Source: Auanema rhodensis
Lineage: Eukaryota > Animalia > Nematoda
Direction: 5' to 3'
Length of the DNA: 64,000 nucleotides
Assembly (NCBI GenBank): GCA_964057225.1
Contig: OZ059897.1
Span: 4,340,001-4,404,000, forward strand
In this document: piece by piece, positions 1 to 9,631 of the stretch
Position numbering within the stretch: position 1 is the stretch's first letter
Layout of the letters: every line of letters begins with the position of its first letter
Notes under the pieces: generated by a model
Database searches by the model: none
Seen by the model: the letters and a program-made list of their open reading frames with translations, nothing else
What the model was told of the DNA's origin: nothing
Made by a program: the position numbers and the translations under genes

Positions 1-43
1 TGTATAGAGCGTTTCTCAATGTAGTATAGTGCATTCGATGCGG

Positions 44-94
44 ATTTTTAAGCTGCGTCGATCTGTGTTATCAGATTTGCGCTAGCTTAAAAAT
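44..94. other. Long imperfect inverted repeat present in every monomer (first copy given)
   Basis: ATTTTTAAGCT (44-54) is the exact reverse complement of AGCTTAAAAAT (84-94). Inside it, GCG (55-57) pairs with CGC (80-82) and ATCTG (61-65) with CAGAT (72-76), around the loop TGTTAT. Confidence 0.9.
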
Positions 95-351
95 GTACCG
101 AGTAATCAACTGATATAGGTTCACACTTATATCCTCGATTTTAACCCTGAAGAATTAATTTTTTCGTTGAATAACATTGTCCATCGTCTTTGCCTTGAAA
201 AAAGAAATCTAAAAACTCCTACTTTTTGTGAAATTATTAAGAAATTTTTCGGGAAAATTTTTGTCACAATGTTTTTGGAAGCAATGTTGAGTGTACATGG
301 GAACTCAGCATACACTAATGCATTATTTTTCGAACGATCATAACTAATTTT

Positions 352-702
352 TGTATGGAGCGTTTCTCAATGTAGTATAGTGCATTCGATGCGGATTTTT
401 AAGCTGCGTTGATCTGTGTTATCAGATTTGCGCTAGCTTAAAAATGCACCGAGTAATCAACTGATATAGGTTCACACTTATATCCTCGATTTTCACCCTG
501 AAGAATTAATTTTTTCGTTGAATAACATTGTCCATCGTCTTTGCCTTGAAAAAAGAAATCTAAAAACTCCTACTTTTCGTGAAATTATTTAGAAATTTTT
601 CGGGAAAATTTTTGTCACAATGTTTTTGGAAGCAATGTTGAGTGTACATGGGAACTCAACATACACTAATGCATTATTTTTCAAACGATCATAACTAATT
701 TT
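352..702. repeat. Representative subtype A monomer
   Basis: Diagnostic words: TTTGCGCTAGC (NheI and HhaI sites), GAGTAATC, GATATAGG, GAATTAATT, TTGAATAAC, CGTCTTTGCC, AAAGAAATCT, AAACTCCT. Confidence 0.95.
635..662. other. 9-bp inverted repeat at monomer positions 284-311 (monomer 2 given)
   Basis: ATGTTGAGT-gtacatggga-ACTCAACAT is perfect in monomers with the CAAC allele. The 10-bp palindrome TAATGCATTA follows at positions 316-325. Confidence 0.85.
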
Positions 703-3510
703 TGTATGGAGCGTTTCTCAATGTAGTATAGTGCATTCGATGCGGATTTTTAAGCTGCGTCGATCTGTGTTATCAGATTTGAGTTAGCTTAAAAATGCAC
801 CGAGATATCAACTGATATATGTTCACACTTATATCCTCGATTTTCACCCTGAAGAAATGATTTTTTCGTTAACAAACATTGTCCATCGTATTCGTCTTGA
901 AAAAAGGAATCTAAAAACATCTACTTTTTGTGAAATTATTTAGAAATTTTTCGGGAAAATTTTTGTCAAAATGTTTTTGGAAGCAATGTTGAGTGTACAT
1001 GGGAACTCAACATACACTAATGCATTATTTTTCAAACGATCATAACTAATTTTTGTATAGAGCGTTTCTCAATGTAGTATAGTGCATTCGATGCGGATTT
1101 TTAAGCTGCGTCGATCTGTGTTATCAGATTTGCGCTAGCTTAAAAATGTACCGAGTAATCAACTGATATAGGTTCACACTTATATCCTCGATTTTAACCC
1201 TGAAGAATTAATTTTTTCGTTGAATAACATTGTCCATCGTCTTTGCCTTGAAAAAAGAAATCTAAAAACTCCTACTTTTTGTGAAATTATTAAGAAATTT
1301 TTCGGGAAAATTTTTGTCACAATGTTTTTGGAAGCAATGTTGAGTGTACATGGGAACTCAGCATACACTAATGCATTATTTTTCGAACGATCATAACTAA
1401 TTTTTGTATAGAGCGTTTCTCAATGTAGTATAGTGCATTCGATGCGGATTTTTAAGCTGCGTCGATCTGTGTTATCAGATTTGCGCTAGCTTAAAAATGC
1501 ACCGAGTAATCAACTGATATAGGTTCACACTTATATCCTCGATTTTCACCCTGAAGAATTAATTTTTTCGTTGAATAACATTGTCCATCGTCTTTGCCTT
1601 GAAAAAAGAAATCTAAAAACTCCTACTTTTTGTGAAATTATTTAGAAATTTTTCGGGAAAATTTTTGTCACAATGTTTTTGGAAGCAATGTTGAGTGTAC
1701 ATGGGAACTCAACATACACTAATGCATTATTTTTCAAACGATCATAACTAATTTTTGTATAGAGCGTTTCTCAATGTAGTATAGTGCATTCGATGCGGAT
1801 TTTTAAGCTGCGTCGATCTGTGTTATCAGATTTGAGTTAGCTTGAAAATGCACCGAGATATCAACTGATATATGTTCACACTTATATCCTCGATTTTCAC
1901 CCTGAAGAATTAATTTTTTCGTTGAATAACATTGTCCATCGTCTTTGCCTTGAAAAAAGAAATCTAAAAACTCCTACTTTTTGTGAAATTATTTAGAAAT
2001 TTTTCGGGAAAATTTTTGTCACAATGTTTTTGGAAGCAATGTTGAGTGTACATGGGAACTCAACATACACTAATGCATTATTTTTCAAACGATCATAACT
2101 AATTTTTGTATGGAGCGTTTCTCAATGTAGTATAGTGCATTCGATGCGGATTTTTAAGCTGCGTTGATCTGTGTTATCAGATTTGCGCTAGCTTAAAAAT
2201 GCACCGAGTAATCAACTGATATAGGTTCACACTTATATCCTCGATTTTCACCCTGAAGAATTAATTTTTTCGTTGAATAACATTGTCCATCGTCTTTGCC
2301 TTGAAAAAAGAAATCTAAAAACTCCTACTTTTTGTGAAATTATTTAGAAATTTTTCGGGAAAATTTTTGTCACAATGTTTTTGGAAGCAATGTTGAGTGT
2401 ACATGGGAACTCAGCATACACTAATGCATTATTTTTCAAACGATCATAACTAATTTTTGTATGGAGCGTTTCTCAATGTAGTATAGTGCATTCGATGCGG
2501 ATTTTTAAGCTGCGTTGATCTGTGTTATCAGATTTGCGCTAGCTTAAAAATGCACCGAGTAATCAACTGATATAGGTTCACACTTATATCCTCGATTTTC
2601 ACCCTGAAGAATTAATTTTTTCGTTGAATAACGTTGTCCATCGTCTTTGCCTTGAAAAAAAAAATCTAAAAACTCCTACTTTTTGTGAAATTATTTAGAA
2701 ATTTTTCGGGAAAATTTTTGTCACAATGTTTTTGGAGGCAATGTTGAGTGTACATGGGAACTCAGCATACACTAATGCATTATTTTTCAAACGATCATAA
2801 CTAATTTTTGTATGGAGCGTTTCTCAATGTAGTATAGTGCATTCGATGCGGATTTTTAAGCTGCGTTGATCTGTGTTATCAGATTTGCGCTAGCTTAAAA
2901 ATGCACCGAGTAATTAACTGATATAGGTTCACACTTATATCCTCGATTTTCACCCTGAAGAATTAATTTTTTCGTTGAATAACATTGTCCATCGTCTTTG
3001 CCTTGAAAAAAGAAATCTAAAAACTCCTACTTTTCGTGAAATTATTTAGAAATTTTTCGGGAAAATTTTTGTCACAATGTTTTTGGAAGCAATGTTGAGT
3101 GTACATGGGAACTCAGCATACACTAATGCATTATTTTTCAAACGATCATAACTAATTTTTGTATAGAGCGTTTCTCAATGTAGTATAGTGCATTCGATGC
3201 GGATTTTTAAGCTGCGTCGATCTGTGTTATCAGATTTGAGTTAGCTTGAAAATGCACCGAGATATCAACTGATATATGTTCACACTTATATCCTCGATTT
3301 TCACCCTGAAGAAATGATTTTTTCGTTGAAAAACATTGTCCATCGTATTCGTCTTGAAAAAAGGAATCTAAAAACATCTACTTTTTGTGAAATTATTTAG
3401 AAATTTTTCGGGAAAATTTTTGTCACAATGTTTTTGGAAGCAATGTTGAGTGTACATGGGAACTCAGCATACACTAATGCATTATTTTTCAAACGATCAT
3501 AACTAATTTT

Positions 3511-3861
3511 TGTATAGAGCGTTTCTCAATGTAGTATAGTGCATTCGATGCGGATTTTTAAGCTGCGTCGATCTGTGTTATCAGATTTGAGTTAGCTTAA
3601 AAATGCACCGAGATATCAACTGATATATGTTCACACTTATATCCTCGATTTTCACCCTGAAGAAATGATTTTTTCGTTGAAAAACATTGTCCATCGTATT
3701 CGTCTTGAAAAAAAGAATCTAAAAACATCTACTTTTTGTGAAATTATTCAGAAATTTTTCGGGAAAATTTTTGTCAAAATGTTTTTGGAAGCAATGTTGA
3801 GTGTACATGGGAACTCAACATACACTAATGCATTATTTTTCAAACGATCATAACTAATTTT
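3511..3861. repeat. Representative subtype B monomer
   Basis: Diagnostic words: TTTGAGTTAGC, GAGATATC (EcoRV site), GATATATG, GAAATGATT, TTGAAAAAC, CGTATTCGTC, AAAAGAATCT, AAACATCT, ATTCAG, GTCAAAATG. A variant B' (e.g. 3160-3510) has CTTGAAAATG, AAAGGAATC, ATTTAG and GTCACAATG. Confidence 0.95.
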
Positions 3862-6758
3862 TGTATGGAGCGTTTCTCAATGTAGTATAGTGCATTCGAT
3901 GCGGATTTTTAAGCTGCGTTGATCTGTGTTATCAGATTTGCGCTAGCTTAAAAATGCACCGAGTAATCAACTGATATAGGTTCACACTTATATCCTCGAT
4001 TTTCACCCTGAAGAAATAATTTTTTCGTTGAATAACATTGTCCATCGTCTTTGCCTTGAAAAAAGAAATCTAAAAACTCCTACTTTTTGTGAAATTATTT
4101 AGAAATTTTTCGGGAAAATTTTTGTCACAATGTTTTTGGAAGCAATGTTGAGTGTACATGGGAACTCAACATACACTAATGCATTATTTTTCAAACGATC
4201 ATAACTAATTTTTGTATGGAGCGTTTCTCAATGTAGTATAGTGCATTCGATGCGGATTTTTAAGCTGCGTTGATCTGTGTTATCAGATTTGCGCTAGCTT
4301 AAAAATGCACCGAGTAATCAACTGATATAGGTTCACACTTATATCCTCGATTTTCACCCTGAAGAATTAATTTTTTCGTTGAATAACATTGTCCATCGTC
4401 TTTGCCTTGAAAAAAGAAATCTAAAAACTCCTACTTTTCGTGAAATTATTTAGAAATTTTTCGGGAAAATTTTTGTCACAATGTTTTTGGAAGCAATGTT
4501 GAGTGTACATGGGAATTCAGCATACACTAATGCATTATTTTTCAAACGATCATAACTAATTTTTGTATAGAGCGTTTCTCAATGTAGTATAGTGCATTCG
4601 ATGCGGATTTTTAAGCTGCGTCGATCTGTGTTATCAGATTTGAGTTAGCTTGAAAATGCACCGAGATATCAACTGATATATGTTCACACTTATATCCTCG
4701 ATTTTCACCCTGAAGAAATGATTTTTTCGTTGAAAAACATTGTCCATCGTATTCGTCTTGAAAAAAGGAATCTAAAAACATCTACTTTTTGTGAAATTAT
4801 TTAGAAATTTTTCGGGAAAATTTTTGTCACAATGTTTTTGGAAGCAATGTTGAGTGTACATGGGAATTCAGCATACACTAATGCATTATTTTTCAAACGA
4901 TCATAACTAATTTTTGTATAGAGCGTTTCTCAATGTAGTATAGTGCATTCGATGCGAATTTTTAAGCTGCGTCGATCTGTGTTATCAGATTTGAGTTAGC
5001 TTGAAAATGCACCGAGATATCAACTGATATATGTTCACACTTATATCCTCGATTTTCACCCTGAAGAAATGATTTTTTCGTTGAAAAACATTGTCCATCG
5101 TATTCGTCTTGAAAAAAGGAATCTAAAAACATCTACTTTTTGTGAAATTATTTAGAAATTTTTCGGGAAAATTTTTGTCACAATGTTTTTGGAAGCAATG
5201 TTGAGTGTACATGGGAACTCAGCATACACTAATGCATTATTTTTCAAACGATCATAACTAATTTTTGTATAGAGCGTTTCTCAATGTAGTATAGTGCATT
5301 CGATGCGGATTTTTAAGCTGCGTCGATCTGTGTTATCAGATTTGAGTTAGCTTGAAAATGCACCGAGATATCAACTGATATATGTTCACACTTATATCCT
5401 CGATTTTCACCCTGAAGAATTAATTTTTTCGTTGAATAACATTGTCCATCGTCTTTGCCTTGAAAAAAGAAATCTAAAAACTCCTACTTTTTGTGAAATT
5501 ATTTAGAAATTTTTCGGGAAAATTTTTGTCACAATGTTTTTGGAAGCAATGTTGAGTGTACATGGGAACTCAACATACACTAATGCATTATTTTTCAAAC
5601 GATCATAACTAATTTTTGTATGGAGCGTTTCTCAATGTAGTATAGTGCATTCGATGCGGATTTTTAAGCTGCGTTGATCTGTGTTATCAGATTTGCGCTA
5701 GCTTAAAAATGCACCGAGTAATCAACTGATATAGGTTCACACTTATATCCTCGATTTTCACCCTGAAGAATTAATTTTTTCGTTGAATAACATTGTCCAT
5801 CGTCTTTGCCTTGAAAAAAGAAATCTAAAAACTCCTACTTTTTGTGAAATTATTTAGAAATTTTTCGGGAAAATTTTTGTCACAATGTTTTTGGAAGCAA
5901 TGTTGAGTGTACATGGGAACTCAGCATACACTAATGCATTATTTTTCAAACGATCATAACTAATTTTTGTATGGAGCGTTTCTCAATGTAGTATAGTGCA
6001 TTCGATGCGGATTTTTAAGCTGCGTTGATCTGTGTTATCAGATTTGCGCTAGCTTAAAAATGCACCGAGTAATCAACTGATATAGGTTCACACTTATATC
6101 CTCGATTTTCACCCTGAAGAATTAATTTTTTCGTTGAATAACGTTGTCCATCGTCTTTGCCTTGAAAAAAAAAATCTAAAAACTCCTACTTTTTGTGAAA
6201 TTATTTAGAAATTTTTCGGGAAAATTTTTGTCACAATGTTTTTGGAAGCAATGTTGAGTGTACATGGGAACTCAGCATACACTAATGCATTATTTTTCAA
6301 ACGATCATAACTAATTTTTGTATGGAGCGTTTCTCAATGTAGTATAGTGCATTCGATGCGGATTTTTAAGCTGCGTTGATCTGTGTTATCAGATTTGCGC
6401 TAGCTTAAAAATGCACCGAGTAATCAACTGATATAGGTTCACACTTATATCCTCGATTTTCACCCTGAAGAATTAATTTTTTCGTTGAATAACATTGTCC
6501 ATCGTCTTTGCCTTGAAAAAAGAAATCTAAAAACTCCTACTTTTCGTGAAATTATTTAGAAATTTTTCGGGAAAATTTTTGTCACAATGTTTTTGGAAGC
6601 AATGTTGAGTGTACATGGGAACTCAGCATACACTAATGCATTATTTTTCAAACGATCATAACTAATTTTTGTATGGAGCGTTTCTCAATGTAGTATAGTG
6701 CATTCGATGCGGATTTTTAAGCTGCGTCGATCTGTGTTATCAGATTTGAGTTAGCTTG

Positions 6759-9631
6759 AAAATGCACCGAGATATCAACTGATATATGTTCACACTTATA
6801 TCCTCGATTTTCACCCTGAAGAATTAATTTTTTCGTTGAATAACATTGTCCATCGTCTTTGCCTTGAAAAAAGAAATCTAAAAACTCCTACTTTTTGTGA
6901 AATTATTTAGAAATTTTTCGGGAAAATTTTTGTCACAATGTTTTTGGAAGCAATGTTGAGTGTACATGGGAACTCAACATACACTAATGCATTATTTTTC
7001 AAACGATCATAACTAATTTTTGTATGGAGCGTTTCTCAATGTAGTATAGTGCATTCGATGCGGATTTTTAAGCTGCGTCGATCTGTGTTATCAGATTTGA
7101 GTTAGCTTGAAAATGCACCGAGATATCAACTGATATATGTTCACACTTATATCCTCGATTTTCACCCTGAAGAATTAATTTTTTCGTTGAATAACATTGT
7201 CCATCGTCTTTGCCTTGAAAAAAGAAATCTAAAAACTCCTACTTTTTGTGAAATTATTTAGAAATTTTTCGGGAAAATTTTTGTCACAATGTTTTTGGAA
7301 GCAATGTTGAGTGTACATGGGAACTCAGCATACACTAATGCATTATTTTTCAAACGATCATAACTAATTTTTGTATGGAGCGTTTCTCAATGTAGTATAG
7401 TGCATTCGATGCGGATTTTTAAGCTGCGTTGATCTGTGTTATCAGATTTGCGCTAGCTTAAAAATGCACCGAGTAATCAACTGATATAGGTTCACACTTA
7501 TATCCTCGATTTTCACCCTGAAGAATTAATTTTTTCGTTGAATAACATTGTCCATCGTCTTTGCCTTGAAAAAAGAAATCTAAAAACTCCTACTTTTCGT
7601 GAAATTATTTAGAAATTTTTCGGGAAAATTTTTGTCACAATGTTTTTGGAAGCAATGTTGAGTGTACATGGGAACTCAGCATACACTAATGCATTATTTT
7701 TCAAACGATCATAACTAATTTTTGTATAGAGCGTTTCTCAATGTAGTATAGTGCATTCGATGCGGATTTTTAAGCTGCGTCGATCTGTGTTATCAGATTT
7801 GAGTTAGCTTGAAAATGCACCGAGATATCAACTGATATATGTTCACACTTATATCCTCGATTTTCACCCTGAAGAAATGATTTTTTCGTTGAAAAACATT
7901 GTCCATCGTATTCGTCTTGAAAAAAGGAATCTAAAAACATCTACTTTTTGTGAAATTATTTAGAAATTTTTCGGGAAAATTTTTGTCACAATGTTTTTGG
8001 AAGCAATGTTGAGTGTACATGGGAACTCAGCATACACTAATGCATTATTTTTCAAACGATCATAACTAATTTTTGTATAGAGCGTTTCTCAATGTAGTAT
8101 AGTGCATTCGATGCGGATTTTTAAGCTGCGTCGATCTGTGTTATCAGATTTGAGTTAGCTTAAAAATGCACCGAGATATCAACTGATATATGTTCACACT
8201 TATATCCTCGATTTTCACCCTGAAGAATTAATTTTTTCGTTGAATAACATTGTCCATCGTCTTTGCCTTGAAAAAAGAAATCTAAAAACTCCTACTTTTT
8301 GTGAAATTATTTAGAAATTTTTCGGGAAAATTTTTGTCACAATGTTTTTGGAAGCAATGTTGAGTGTACATGGGAACTCAACATACACTAATGCATTATT
8401 TTTCAAACGATCATAACTAATTTTTGTATGGAGCGTTTCTCAATGTAGTATAGTGCATTCGATGCGGATTTTTAAGCTGCGTCGATCTGTGTTATCAGAT
8501 TTGAGTTAGCTTGAAAATGCACCGAGATATCAACTGATATATGTTCACACTTATATCCTCGATTTTCACCCTGAAGAATTAATTTTTTCGTTGAATAACA
8601 TTGTCCATCGTCTTTGCCTTGAAAAAAGAAATCTAAAAACTCCTACTTTTTGTGAAATTATTTAGAAATTTTTCGGGAAAATTTTTGTCACAATGTTTTT
8701 GGAAGCAATGTTGAGTGTACATGGGAACTCAGCATACACTAATGCATTATTTTTCAAACGATCATAACTAATTTTTGTATGGAGCGTTTCTCAATGTAGT
8801 ATAGTGCATTCGATGCGGATTTTTAAGCTGCGTTGATCTGTGTTATCAGATTTGCGCTAGCTTAAAAATGCACCGAGTAATCAACTGATATAGGTTCACA
8901 CTTATATCCTCGATTTTCACCCTGAAGAATTAATTTTTTCGTTGAATAACATTGTCCATCGTCTTTGCCTTGAAAAAAGAAATCTAAAAACTCCTACTTT
9001 TCGTGAAATTATTTAGAAATTTTTCGGGAAAATTTTTGTCACAATGTTTTTGGAAGCAATGTTGAGTGTACATGGGAACTCAGCATACACTAATGCATTA
9101 TTTTTCAAACGATCATAACTAATTTTTGTATAGAGCGTTTCTCAATGTAGTATAGTGCATTCGATGCGGATTTTTAAGCTGCGTCGATCTGTGTTATCAG
9201 ATTTGAGTTAGCTTGAAAATGCACCGAGATATCAACTGATATATGTTCACACTTATATCCTCGATTTTCACCCTGAAGAAATGATTTTTTCGTTGAAAAA
9301 CATTGTCCATCGTATTCGTCTTGAAAAAAGGAATCTAAAAACATCTACTTTTTGTGAAATTATTTAGAAATTTTTCGGGAAAATTTTTGTCACAATGTTT
9401 TTGGAAGCAATGTTGAGTGTACATGGGAACTCAGCATACACTAATGCATTATTTTTCAAACGATCATAACTAATTTTTGTATAGAGCGTTTCTCAATGTA
9501 GTATAGTGCATTCGATGCGGATTTTTAAGCTGCGTCGATCTGTGTTATCAGATTTGAGTTAGCTTAAAAATGCACCGAGATATCAACTGATATATGTTCA
9601 CACTTATATCCTCGATTTTCACCCTGAAGAA
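6759..9631. repeat. Tandem duplication of a 4-monomer (1404-bp) block
   Basis: Monomers at 7021, 7372 and 7723 match those at 8425, 8776 and 9127. The monomer at 8074 is the junction chimera. Confidence 0.8.

Noticed and set aside
162-178. CENP-B-box-like TTCGTTGAA
   Set aside because: It matches only the 5' half of NTTCGNNNNANNCGGGN, and CGGG is missing at the required spacing.
1-351. Tandem 5S rRNA, tRNA, snRNA or spliced-leader gene unit
   Set aside because: The unit size is compatible, but I recognise no 5S sequence, cloverleaf, Pol III A/B boxes or SL exon. An Rfam search would be the definitive test.
1-351. Assignment to a named satellite (e.g. Drosophila 1.688 family, 340-360-bp tenebrionid beetle satellites)
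   Set aside because: Only length and AT content are similar. I cannot recognise sequence identity without a database search.
1-351. Internal dimer (2 x ~175 bp) or trimer (3 x 117 bp) substructure
   Set aside because: No convincing similarity between halves by eye, only short repeats such as CAATGTT at 267 and 282.
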